From positions 46,264-110,263 of the IMG/VR virus record IMGVR_UViG_3300011977_000007: a stretch of 64,000 nt of DNA. One strand, 5' to 3'. This document shows, one piece after another, positions 51,488-61,168 of this stretch. Under the pieces are notes generated by a model. That model did no database searches. It saw only the letters and a program-made list of their open reading frames with translations, and was not told the origin of the DNA. The number at the start of each line of letters is the position of its first letter. The stretch's first letter is position 1. Source of the stretch: a virus (Duplodnaviria; Caudoviricetes). The position numbers and the translations under genes are program-made.

Positions 51488-51889
51488 TTATATAATTATT
51501 TTAGTGTAATCTGGAATTGGTAATTCCAATGGTAATTTATCTTGTGGTTTTACTACACGATTAAATACAGTTATTAATGCTTCCCAAGTAGTATTATACA
51601 TGCTATACTCAGCACTTGTTGGGTGGGAAATTAGTAACCTCATTAATTCTTCTTTATCTTTTTTCTTCATTTTAAATAATGGTTTACCTTTATGAGCTTC
51701 ATATCCAGCATCATAGAAATGTAATCTTATAACTTCTGTTGCTGCTTTTGGGCTTGAATTATTATAGACTTTAAAATATGCAATTTTGCCATAATTCTCA
51801 TTAGGGCTTGGATCTATAGAGACACACATGTTGCTCTTACGTATTAAGCTAACTTCGTTTATAGATTCAATATCTTTTAAAAATATCAT
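51488..51889 (-). CDS. PDYTKL-family protein A, copy 2
   Basis: Similar to 52375..52797. Confidence 0.7.
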   Translation of the reverse strand: MIFLKDIESINEVSLIRKSNMCVSIDPSPNENYGKIAYFKVYNNSSPKAATEVIRLHFYDAGYEAHKGKPLFKMKKKDKEELMRLLISHPTSAEYSMYNTTWEALITVFNRVVKPQDKLPLELPIPDYTKIII

Positions 51890-51945
51890 ATATTTTATTT
51901 CTCCTTTTCTTTAGTTTTGTTTTTTATTTAAAATAAATCCTCCTA

Positions 51946-52359
51946 TTATTTTAATTTAGTGTAATCTGGAATTGGTAAATCTTCAGGAATATCTTTCCAG
52001 CTTAAACCTTCTGGTGGAAAATCATTATCATCATGACAAAAATTTGTCTCACGTATTGCAGCATGAAATATATCTAATGATTTATTATACTCATACGGTT
52101 TTCTTAATGTATCCATTAATATAGCTATTTCTGAATCCGATAATTTATAATTACCATTTTCAGCATAAATATAATATGGCCCAAAGAATGATATTCTCGC
52201 CATATTATTATTAATATACACTTTCATGTATCCTTGTGGATGATCTTTAGGCTTAATATAATTATATGAAGCATCAATTGTAATATTACTATCACAATAA
52301 ATATTATCGCAATTTGGAACTAATTCACCTAAAGATTTAGAAATAACATATTTATTCAT
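51946..52359 (-). CDS. PDYTKL-family protein B, copy 1
   Basis: Paralog of 51064..51477. Confidence 0.7.
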   Translation of the reverse strand: MNKYVISKSLGELVPNCDNIYCDSNITIDASYNYIKPKDHPQGYMKVYINNNMARISFFGPYYIYAENGNYKLSDSEIAILMDTLRKPYEYNKSLDIFHAAIRETNFCHDDNDFPPEGLSWKDIPEDLPIPDYTKLK

Positions 52360-52374
52360 TTGACTACCTCCTTA

Positions 52375-52797
52375 TTATTTTTTGATAAGCTTAGTATAAT
52401 CTGGTATCGGTAAATCTAATGGTAGTATAAATTGTGGTCTAACTACACTATTAAATATACCTATTAATGCTTCCCAAGTAGTATTATACATCATTTTATA
52501 TGCATCATTTGTTGGTGGCATTATTAATAATTGCATTAGTTTTTCTTTCTGTTTTTTGTTCATTTCAAAGAATTTTTTACCCCTATGCTCTTCACATTTA
52601 TTATCATAAAAATGCACTCGTACAACTTCAGTTGCTGATGAGGGGTCTGTACTATTATACACTTTAAAATATGCAGCGTTGCCATAATTTTCATTAGGGC
52701 TTGGATCTACAGAAATACACATTCTATTCATTTTTAATACATTAATCTCATTTATTGGCACTAATCCGGTAGATTTATAAATTTCTTCAAATATCAT
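52375..52797 (-). CDS. PDYTKL-family protein A, copy 1
   Basis: Paralog of 51488..51889; early promoter at 52869-52886. Confidence 0.7.
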   Translation of the reverse strand: MIFEEIYKSTGLVPINEINVLKMNRMCISVDPSPNENYGNAAYFKVYNSTDPSSATEVVRVHFYDNKCEEHRGKKFFEMNKKQKEKLMQLLIMPPTNDAYKMMYNTTWEALIGIFNSVVRPQFILPLDLPIPDYTKLIKK

Positions 52798-52930
52798 AAA
52801 ATTTATTTCTCCTTTTCTTTAATTTTATTTTTATTTAAAATAAATCCTCCTATCATTTATTTCATAATTATAATATATAATTATAAATAATAATAAATGG
52901 AAAAAAATATAGGTAGGGAAATTTCCCTAC

Positions 52931-53731
52931 CTATTGGTGTTTTGTAAAATATATAGATGCCAATATTTTTTGTAGATCCATTAATACTGAAATATTATAG
53001 CTTATGTCTAATACTTGAAGCTGACCTTCGGGACATATTACCGTATCATATCCAGCACCAGATATAGTTTTCAATTTATAATGAAATGCCGAATCTGCAC
53101 TAAATTTTCTATAATACTCAATTGGTAATTCAAGCTTAATATATTGAAGATAAAAATCTCGTAGCATTCTCATAGCCATTTCCACATTAACAGTTTGGAT
53201 AGTATAAAATATATCCTTTAATAGTTGTAGCATATAATCCTTATGCAATGCTAATTTATCATCAGATATTCCTTTTACTTCTATTACTTCATTTTTACTA
53301 AATGAATCATAAAAATAATATGCTTCCAAATTATTAAATTTATAAAATGACGTATACTTATTTTTACACTTAAAATTAATAAGTCCAAATTGAGTATTTT
53401 GCAGCTGTCTATTTATAATAAACACTGCATCATTTTTTATACTTAAGACTTCATAGTCTTGAATATTATTAGCTTCAAATAAACATTTCTTTGCTTCTAT
53501 AATTCCAGCTTTAAGAATATTAACAATTTCTTTATTTTCTTTTTGAAGTTTACCTATATATACTTGACGAATATCTCTATTTGCCGTATAGAGATAATCG
53601 TAAGTATTTTTATCTATAGCACCCTTGGAATATAAAACATTAATATTGGCTTTAGATATATCATACTCGTATATAAATACATTATTTAAATACGATATAT
53701 CTGAACTATAATTAACTTCATTCCATAGCAT
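52931..53731 (-). CDS. short DNA polymerase (family B palm-like) protein
   Basis: YEYDISKAN (motif A-like), SIKNDAVF (motif C-like), EVKG; GGAGG RBS before MLWNEV. Confidence 0.55.
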   Translation of the reverse strand: MLWNEVNYSSDISYLNNVFIYEYDISKANINVLYSKGAIDKNTYDYLYTANRDIRQVYIGKLQKENKEIVNILKAGIIEAKKCLFEANNIQDYEVLSIKNDAVFIINRQLQNTQFGLINFKCKNKYTSFYKFNNLEAYYFYDSFSKNEVIEVKGISDDKLALHKDYMLQLLKDIFYTIQTVNVEMAMRMLRDFYLQYIKLELPIEYYRKFSADSAFHYKLKTISGAGYDTVICPEGQLQVLDISYNISVLMDLQKILASIYFTKHQ

Positions 53732-53732
53732 A

Positions 53733-54440
53733 CTAAGCCTCCAATTGCTGCATGTAATTATATGCATCTTCTAGATTTGTAAAATAAGCATTTTTTGTTT
53801 TAGTATTAATTAAAATATGTTCTGTTCTTGGGAAATTTTCACATTTTAATATATACCAATCTGATGTAATATATTGGTATTCAATACCATCAACAACTTG
53901 TTTAGCTGGAAGATTCATATACTTCCAATCTAATTTGCCAGCATTATATGCATCTTTAAGATCTTTTCCTTTAAGTTCTCCAAACTCTAATTCATTAGTA
54001 TAAACTTCTTTTACCGGAGATGGCTCGTTCATAACTTTTAATACATCTCCATCTTCATTTACAACTTTACGTAAATATCCATATATGATAGATGGCATTC
54101 TTGGGTTAATATCTTTAGTTATTGGAGTTTTAGAATTTGGCACTGCATAATAATGAATATATTTTGTTTTTGTATCATAATATTCTTCTTCAGTTTCTAC
54201 ATGATAATTCTCTCCATTTATTCCTCCGGCTTTAAGAAATTTTAAATATTCAAAATATGCATTTTCAATTTCATTAATCTTAATTTTAATAATTTTAAAT
54301 TTAGAAATTGATTTATATTGTTCAGCATCTATTATTCCCTCACGACATTCGACATAATGTGCAACGAAATAAATTTCTGGTAAACTTTTTCCTTTCTGAA
54401 TCTGCATCTCCATATTGTCTATTTCTAATTGTGTAAGCAT
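53733..54440 (-). CDS. hypothetical protein
   Basis: AGGAGG RBS, 235 aa. Confidence 0.6.
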   Translation of the reverse strand: MLTQLEIDNMEMQIQKGKSLPEIYFVAHYVECREGIIDAEQYKSISKFKIIKIKINEIENAYFEYLKFLKAGGINGENYHVETEEEYYDTKTKYIHYYAVPNSKTPITKDINPRMPSIIYGYLRKVVNEDGDVLKVMNEPSPVKEVYTNELEFGELKGKDLKDAYNAGKLDWKYMNLPAKQVVDGIEYQYITSDWYILKCENFPRTEHILINTKTKNAYFTNLEDAYNYMQQLEA

Positions 54441-54475
54441 AATAATTTCCTCCTTTAAGAATTTATTATCATGTC

Positions 54476-54742
54476 CTACTTTGCATCATCTTCTAATTGC
54501 TCAGTAAGAGAATTTACTAATTTATCTACAGATTCATCATCTGCATTTTGGGCAAGTACAGCTGTAATACTTGTAAGCATTTGATTATAACTGTATAATG
54601 TATTTACAATAGATTCCATAGGATTATCTGATTCTCTAATCCCATCAATAATTTCATGAAATAATGGATTAACTAAATATTCCTTCCAATATTCACTATT
54701 TTTAGTTACTTCATTCATAAATAATTCATTTACTTCCTGCAT
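54476..54742 (-). CDS. hypothetical protein
   Basis: ORF in operon; start uncertain. Confidence 0.5.
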   Translation of the reverse strand: MQEVNELFMNEVTKNSEYWKEYLVNPLFHEIIDGIRESDNPMESIVNTLYSYNQMLTSITAVLAQNADDESVDKLVNSLTEQLEDDAK

Positions 54743-55047
54743 AATTCAATCTTCTCCTCAATATTAAAATTTAATGCTTTTGCATATACACATTGTAATC
54801 CTGTATCATTAGGATATGCAACATCTTTCATTTGATTTAATAAATATAATGCCATTGTTTTATCTAATTCTTTGCAAATATCAAGATTAGAAATAATTTC
54901 ATAATCTTTAAATATAATACTTGGCATTATATTATCAGCTAATTCTATTACCGTATTATTATCATTTGATGCCAATACTTTATATTTTATTATACGAAGC
55001 CAACTATATTGTCTAACCATTTTGTAAATTATTTCACCTTGTTTCAT
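54730..55047 (-). CDS. hypothetical protein
   Basis: GGAGG RBS before MKQGEI. Confidence 0.55.
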   Translation of the reverse strand: MKQGEIIYKMVRQYSWLRIIKYKVLASNDNNTVIELADNIMPSIIFKDYEIISNLDICKELDKTMALYLLNQMKDVAYPNDTGLQCVYAKALNFNIEEKIELCRK

Positions 55048-55094
55048 ATTTACCTCCATAAAAAATTAGGGTAGGAAATTAATCCTACCCTTGT

Positions 55095-55634
55095 TTAGCT
55101 TTTAAATTTTGCATGCCTATTTACCGCTACTTCTGTATCCATAAGATTATTTACAGGAGCAGCCATTCCAGCACTATATAATTCATTAAATCTCTTTTTA
55201 TCTTGATCCAATGCCAGTATGCCATATGGTGTGAAGAATGATTCTTTTACACATTCAAGATCTTCAATACTTTCTACTTGCCAGCAGTTATATCCATATC
55301 TAACCTGTATAAGCTTAATGATAGATTCCATTATTGCATCTCTATAATCATCATGAGATACCAATACTATTACATTAAACTCTAATGAATTAATCATAAT
55401 TTTAATGAAATCATAAAATAATTCATTACTTTGTAATACACTATTAGCATATATATTATCAAACTCTGGTAAAGTAATAAATTGATTTGCCGGTAATGGC
55501 GTTGGATTAAATACACGAATTTTTGTAATTAATCCTGTTATATCGCCATATCCACTATAATATGACGATAAATTATATACTACAGCATTACCAACATGCT
55601 GTAGTATATTAATATTACTTGTAAATATAATCAT
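55095..55634 (-). CDS. conserved hypothetical protein
   Basis: 179 aa in operon with the kinase-like gene. Confidence 0.6.
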   Translation of the reverse strand: MIIFTSNINILQHVGNAVVYNLSSYYSGYGDITGLITKIRVFNPTPLPANQFITLPEFDNIYANSVLQSNELFYDFIKIMINSLEFNVIVLVSHDDYRDAIMESIIKLIQVRYGYNCWQVESIEDLECVKESFFTPYGILALDQDKKRFNELYSAGMAAPVNNLMDTEVAVNRHAKFKS

Positions 55635-55636
55635 AA

Positions 55637-56281
55637 TTATACCCTCTTGATTACTTGCTGAGTTTCACTTACATTTTGAGCTACTAACTTATTAAAGTAT
55701 TCAGCATACTGCTCAAACGTAGCACCATTCGGAAATGGATGTAAATCTATTGCAAGTTTATTGATTACAAATGGGAATAATAATAAATTTCTCGGATACG
55801 ATCTAATGAAATCCATAGGTTCCATCAAATCCATCATATAGAATTTACTAAGCAATAATGGCAATTTAGATTCATTAAATGAAAATTTTGTAGTTGGCGT
55901 ATTCATAGTAATTCCATATGTGAAATAAATATGCTGCAACAGCATAGGACCGAAAATATTATATTCATCATAAGGAATGAATAAAATAATATTTTTCTTT
56001 GTTAATGCTGTTAATAATGCAACAATCATATCATCTGCATCCTTATTACTAGCTAAGTATTTAGGATATTCATTTTGCAAAATGAACGGATCTCCATCAG
56101 CCCATCTCATTAAAATTTCTGTTGGCGGCTGAAGAATACTTGCATCATAAAAATTAGGATATCTAGTAAATTCATCAGATGAACTTACATAAGCAACAGT
56201 TACAAAATCACTGTTATTAATTTCTGGTCCAAATAATCTTGGGTCATTAATCATTGTCATTGAATGGTTACCAAAAATCAT
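55637..56281 (-). CDS. conserved hypothetical protein
   Basis: AGGAGG RBS, 214 aa. Confidence 0.6.
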   Translation of the reverse strand: MIFGNHSMTMINDPRLFGPEINNSDFVTVAYVSSSDEFTRYPNFYDASILQPPTEILMRWADGDPFILQNEYPKYLASNKDADDMIVALLTALTKKNIILFIPYDEYNIFGPMLLQHIYFTYGITMNTPTTKFSFNESKLPLLLSKFYMMDLMEPMDFIRSYPRNLLLFPFVINKLAIDLHPFPNGATFEQYAEYFNKLVAQNVSETQQVIKRV

Positions 56282-56295
56282 AATAATTACCTCCT

Positions 56296-57972
56296 TTAAT
56301 ATTCTTCCATATCTTTACTGAATTTATGTTGTTTATGCTTTTCTTTTCTAATTCTCTTTACATACTCACTATAGTCTGCCTCATAATCATCAGAATGTTC
56401 TTCTGACTCTTCTGGCGACTCTTCAGCTTCGTAATTAGAATAATCTGGCTCTTTCACTTCAGCATTCTGACCAATTGAAAAGCCACTTAAGTCTATATTA
56501 TTTTCTTCTAAAGTTTCCTCTGAATCTTCACCACCTACAGTATATTTCACTACTGTATCTATGGCTTTATTAATCTCGTCAGATTCTTTATTTACATCAT
56601 CTGCAGTTTCAGTTTCAGGTGCTTCCGGAATATTTTCTATTGCATCACTAGATTCATGAGAATCATCTGTATTAATAGCCTTATTAATTGCAGTTGCTAA
56701 ATTTTGTTTTAAAGTATCTCCAGCTTCAATAACTCTATCTCCGAATTTAGTTACTTTTTCTTCTAATGTATCATGTACCTCTTGTATTTTATCCTGCGTA
56801 GATTTATCTTCTACTTTACATGATTCATTATTATCAGCATCATCTGTTTTAGTTACAACTGGAACTTCTTGTTTACCATTAGTAATAGTTCCTCCTACTT
56901 TAACTCTAGAGGTTTTTCCTAAAGCTTCACTTAATGGAACAGATAATGGTGCTGTTTTACTAAAGCTTTCCAATACAAGATTTGTATAGTAGCTATTTCT
57001 CATTTCTTCTTTAGATTTTCTTTTATTAGTGCGTGTCCCTCCAACTTTTTCTACTGGAGTAAATTCTCCGGAATGGCTAAGATAAGCTTTATACTTTTCT
57101 TTGCTAATATAATTCCGTGTTGATGTACAATCATCAATAATAACTTTACGTGATTTTGGATCTATGATTCTTACTCTTGACATAATATCTTCCCTTCCCT
57201 CACTATTGAGTATTAAAATATCTTTTGTTTCATTTGCCAAATCTCTGGCTTGATAGGTTCTACCACATTTTGTACAGACTAAATAATTAAAGCCTGCATC
57301 ATAATCAATCTCCCCACCACATGGAACTTGTCCGAATGGTGTTTTATTCATTTTATTGCATCTGAGCTTTCTGCCATCTAACTCATATGCATATGGAAAG
57401 TCGATAATAACAGGACCAAATCCATTCATTCTTAATCCAAAATTCATGAATTTAGTTGTTCCTATATCATCAACTACATATTTACCAACTATCTTTGTGA
57501 TTATCATATTATATATATCATCAGATACTGATAAAAATTCTTCTAATGAAGTAATTGGATTTACTCTTTCAACGAACCCTATAACTCCAGATTCATCTAC
57601 TTCAAATATTTTGCAACAGAATGGAGCAAAGAATTTTTGATTCTTAAACTCACTTGGAGTATCTTTCATACCAACTCTATCAATCGCAATTTTAGCTACA
57701 AATCTAGGATCTTCAAGAAAGTTATAAACCACTCTATTAGTTCCAGCATGTGCTTTTCTAAATCCTCTCTTGTTCATTACTTTATCTATAAGCTTATATT
57801 TTAAATCAATATTACCATTGTATTTTAATGAAGTGGCAATACGAATTAATTCATTAATATCTTCTTGAGGTATTAATGCTCTTATAGGTGGTGCCCATAG
57901 ATTATCATAATTAAATTCTAGAGCACTCTTTTTCTTAGAATACAAAGATTCTAATACAGAAACTCTAGACAT
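56296..57972 (-). CDS. protein kinase-like domain plus zinc ribbon plus acidic tail
   Basis: AGTNRVVY, VAKIA, conserved E, DIG...NFG, VIIDF motifs; C...CGG...CTKCG; E/D-rich C-terminus. Confidence 0.65.
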   Translation of the reverse strand: MSRVSVLESLYSKKKSALEFNYDNLWAPPIRALIPQEDINELIRIATSLKYNGNIDLKYKLIDKVMNKRGFRKAHAGTNRVVYNFLEDPRFVAKIAIDRVGMKDTPSEFKNQKFFAPFCCKIFEVDESGVIGFVERVNPITSLEEFLSVSDDIYNMIITKIVGKYVVDDIGTTKFMNFGLRMNGFGPVIIDFPYAYELDGRKLRCNKMNKTPFGQVPCGGEIDYDAGFNYLVCTKCGRTYQARDLANETKDILILNSEGREDIMSRVRIIDPKSRKVIIDDCTSTRNYISKEKYKAYLSHSGEFTPVEKVGGTRTNKRKSKEEMRNSYYTNLVLESFSKTAPLSVPLSEALGKTSRVKVGGTITNGKQEVPVVTKTDDADNNESCKVEDKSTQDKIQEVHDTLEEKVTKFGDRVIEAGDTLKQNLATAINKAINTDDSHESSDAIENIPEAPETETADDVNKESDEINKAIDTVVKYTVGGEDSEETLEENNIDLSGFSIGQNAEVKEPDYSNYEAEESPEESEEHSDDYEADYSEYVKRIRKEKHKQHKFSKDMEEY

Positions 57973-59039
57973 TATCGGTTACCTCCTTTATTATATATTT
58001 GATTTAAGACTTGAGATGTAAATTCATGTCTTCGTCTTTGTGATTCTTCCGAACTAATGAAGGTTGGCACTTTTCCTTCATAAATTTGTTGTCGTCGTCT
58101 TCTCGCATCTAAAATCTCAGGTAATCCTACTTCCATATCATCTAGATTATTATCATATCTAGACGTATCCAATAGCTGATCGATATATGGGTTACTTGAA
58201 CGGTGCATATTTAAGAGTTCATTATAGCTATCGCTTGAGTATGTTCTTGATAAATCCCTTCCTCTTGATTTAATATTTTCAGCAATCCAAAATTCTCTAT
58301 TTAATTTCCATAAATCATCTGATAAGAACTCTCTTAATGAATGATTATCAAATTCTTTATGATAATTATACTGCATATCTTGAATGCATCTTGCAGTTCT
58401 CATTGCTTGTGTTTCTAATGGTGGTTGCTGAATTAAACTTGCATAATATGCCATTTGTTTTCCTTCTGCTACTACACTCCTTTCTTCATCTGACATTCTC
58501 TGCATTCTATATTGCGGATTAACAATATTCTCTAATTCTTGATTAGTATATTGCCTACCAAAACATGCACCTGCAATTTGATATTTCATTTTCATAAGAG
58601 TTTGTTGATCTCTTGCTTGTTTTTGATATAATTGAGGATTTGCATATCCTCCATAATAGTTATTATAATAACTATTTTGATATCCATAGCTATAGCCATT
58701 TTGATAATTAATTCCATATCCATATGGCTGTTGCTGATTATATCCTTTAAATCCATAAGGATCATAATAATCATACTGTGGATTAGCATAATTAGGTTGT
58801 ACAGGAGCAAAGATATAATTATTTTCCGGTCTCTGCTGCTGATTGTATATATTGCTATTATATCCAACCTGTCCAATTGGAATGATATTATTATACGAAT
58901 TATCAATAAATTGAGGCTGTGGCTCCATATATGGATTATACGTATAATTATTATTTAGAGGGTTTTGCGTTCCAAACTGCCCTGTATTTATCATATTCTG
59001 TATGATAGGCGAATCATAATTAACCATCATATCATACAT
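57972..59039 (-). CDS. protein with Q/N/Y/P/G-rich low-complexity N-terminus
   Basis: First ~140 aa dominated by N, Q, Y, P, G; GGAGG RBS. Confidence 0.7.
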   Translation of the reverse strand: MYDMMVNYDSPIIQNMINTGQFGTQNPLNNNYTYNPYMEPQPQFIDNSYNNIIPIGQVGYNSNIYNQQQRPENNYIFAPVQPNYANPQYDYYDPYGFKGYNQQQPYGYGINYQNGYSYGYQNSYYNNYYGGYANPQLYQKQARDQQTLMKMKYQIAGACFGRQYTNQELENIVNPQYRMQRMSDEERSVVAEGKQMAYYASLIQQPPLETQAMRTARCIQDMQYNYHKEFDNHSLREFLSDDLWKLNREFWIAENIKSRGRDLSRTYSSDSYNELLNMHRSSNPYIDQLLDTSRYDNNLDDMEVGLPEILDARRRRQQIYEGKVPTFISSEESQRRRHEFTSQVLNQIYNKGGNR

Positions 59040-59044
59040 CCTCC

Positions 59045-59701
59045 TTATAATACATAATCTTTATAATTGCATGGTATAACGTATCTACATACATTTTCTA
59101 ATCCATCTGATTGCTGAATAGCAGGATAATCATTTGGATTAGTTGTTTTTAATACCTGCTTTGTATCATAATCAATTTTATTATTATAATACGATATTCT
59201 ACTAAGAGTTTCACGATCTAATGAATAGCCATTAGATCTAGTAAATACTCTTTGTGCTACCCCCATACTGCCTTCAGAAAGAACTTTTACATGTCCTTTC
59301 TGATGACGAATTTTCAATCTAAGATTATTGGTTGCCATATAACTAATAATCATAGCAAATAAGTCCTGGTTTTTTACAGGTTCATTATTTGAATTATACA
59401 TGATTCCATTCCTGTCCATTGAACGTAACCATGAATCCATCCAAACTTTTAAACCATATACTACAAATTTAGAATCTGCATATATAGTTATATCATAATT
59501 ATCAATAGCTCGCATTTCTTCTGCGAGCTTGACTGCTGTATACATTGCCATTAATTCGGCAATATTATTTGTTGTATCCGGAACAATAATTGTCCTTTCA
59601 ATATTTAATCCTATTGCGATGGCACCAGCGCATCCAAACGTTCTACCGTTTGGATATGTAGTTATACTTGCATCGCAACAAATTTCTAATTTCTTCTTCA
59701 T
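59045..59701 (-). CDS. rnhA: ribonuclease H (type 1)
   Basis: CDAS, TNNIAEL, YADSKFVV, W..W, VKNQDL, KGH, N..D catalytic motifs. Confidence 0.85.
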   Translation of the reverse strand: MKKKLEICCDASITTYPNGRTFGCAGAIAIGLNIERTIIVPDTTNNIAELMAMYTAVKLAEEMRAIDNYDITIYADSKFVVYGLKVWMDSWLRSMDRNGIMYNSNNEPVKNQDLFAMIISYMATNNLRLKIRHQKGHVKVLSEGSMGVAQRVFTRSNGYSLDRETLSRISYYNNKIDYDTKQVLKTTNPNDYPAIQQSDGLENVCRYVIPCNYKDYVL

Positions 59702-59736
59702 ATTATTTTCACTCCTTTCAAATATATAATATATAA

Positions 59737-60024
59737 TTATTCTTCGATTTTGCCATTATTAATATTAATACTATTCTCGTCATTACAAATCTTGCTTAAT
59801 TCTTTTGCAATTTCTATATCTGTTAAATTATCAATATAATGAAGCATAAAATCTTGAGCATGGTATGCTACCAGTTTGCATATTTCTTTGATTAATTGTG
59901 CTTCATTTTCATCTACATCTCTTTTAAATATATTTTCAACAATAGAATTGTATCCTTTTTCGATACAATGATTTTTCATATTATTTGCAGTTTGTATTAA
60001 GTTTTCTAATTCCGATTTTGTCAT
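59737..60024 (-). CDS. hypothetical protein
   Basis: AGGAG RBS. Confidence 0.55.
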   Translation of the reverse strand: MTKSELENLIQTANNMKNHCIEKGYNSIVENIFKRDVDENEAQLIKEICKLVAYHAQDFMLHYIDNLTDIEIAKELSKICNDENSININNGKIEE

Positions 60025-60080
60025 AAAATCACTCCTTATATTAATCTTAATTTAAAGTTTATGCTAGTTTAAAAACATAT

Positions 60081-60317
60081 CTAGACATATGGTCTAGTAT
60101 CATGGGACATATCGAACTCCATTTCTGAAATCCTTTTCTCCCAATTTTTCACTTGTTCTCCGGATAGATAACCTTGATTGACGCATTTTCCATCAACAAA
60201 TAACCCCCTTCCGAATCTAAATATTTTATTGTACTTAATATGATTTTCTAAATCTTCATCTCGAACAATATTGTATTTGTATTGCCCATTCATATAAACA
60301 CCTACAGTTACATGCAT
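60081..60317 (-). CDS. hypothetical protein
   Basis: AGGAGG RBS; early promoter at 60345-60362. Confidence 0.6.
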   Translation of the reverse strand: MHVTVGVYMNGQYKYNIVRDEDLENHIKYNKIFRFGRGLFVDGKCVNQGYLSGEQVKNWEKRISEMEFDMSHDTRPYV

Positions 60318-60405
60318 TGTTTATTCCTCCTTTCTAATCTAATATATAATATATAATTGAAACAAAAGTTACGAGCTATGGGAATTAACCCATAGCTCAT
60401 AGATT

Positions 60406-61125
60406 TTATAATAAATCAAAATTAAAAATCGAAGATTCGTTTTTCTTACATGATTCTGTAGCGTTTCCATCTGGCTCATCATTATCAGTATTAGTATTTG
60501 TTGGTGCAGAGCTTGCACTACCGGCGTTACTATTTGATGCTGATGCATCTTCTTTCTTAGGGGAGGTTTTACACTTACCCTTACATTCTGGATCATCATC
60601 TTTATTTTCATTTATAGATGCGCCATCTCCACATCCTTTATCGCCGCACTCATCTTTAGCAGATCCCTTAGATTTCTTTTTCTTTACAGGAAATCCTTCT
60701 TTCTTAAGCTTAGCAGGAATTTTAGTAGCTTTCTTAATCTTATCTATAGCTTTTTCTTTAGCTTTGCCGCCTTTTTTAGCAGCAGCTTCAATTAAGCTCT
60801 TAGTTTTATCATCAGATTCAATTAATAATCCAACTGATTTTTCCTGCAATCCGTTTACTTTTGCAACATTATTTAATGCTTCTGCTACAGAAGTAATTTT
60901 ATTTGATTGCATATATGGATATAGCGCATTCATTTCTACAAGATAGTCTCCTTCAACTTGAACTACGGATACCATCTCTGCTGTATAAACTACGTCTTCA
61001 TTTACTTCGTCGAAGCTTTCCATTATGGTATTTACCTGACTTTCTGTAAGGGCTACAGATGTATTTACACTCAGGTCCATACTAGCAGCTTCGGCTAATA
61101 GACTATATGGGTCTTTAATAAACAT
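60406..61125 (-). CDS. putative virion (head) protein
   Basis: Late promoter AACA-N6-TA at 61150-61161; K-rich then low-complexity C-terminus. Confidence 0.5.
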   Translation of the reverse strand: MFIKDPYSLLAEAASMDLSVNTSVALTESQVNTIMESFDEVNEDVVYTAEMVSVVQVEGDYLVEMNALYPYMQSNKITSVAEALNNVAKVNGLQEKSVGLLIESDDKTKSLIEAAAKKGGKAKEKAIDKIKKATKIPAKLKKEGFPVKKKKSKGSAKDECGDKGCGDGASINENKDDDPECKGKCKTSPKKEDASASNSNAGSASSAPTNTNTDNDEPDGNATESCKKNESSIFNFDLL

Positions 61126-61168
61126 AGCTTTTTCCTCCTTAATAAATTTTACTTCTATGTTTTTATAG

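Larger units (their letters stand above)
51064..52852 (-). repeat. tandem duplication of a ~0.9 kb two-gene unit
   Basis: Units about 51064-51945 and 51946-52852, including a duplicated upstream leader (TTATTTCTCCTTTTCTTTA...AAAATAAATCCTCCTAT). Confidence 0.85.
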
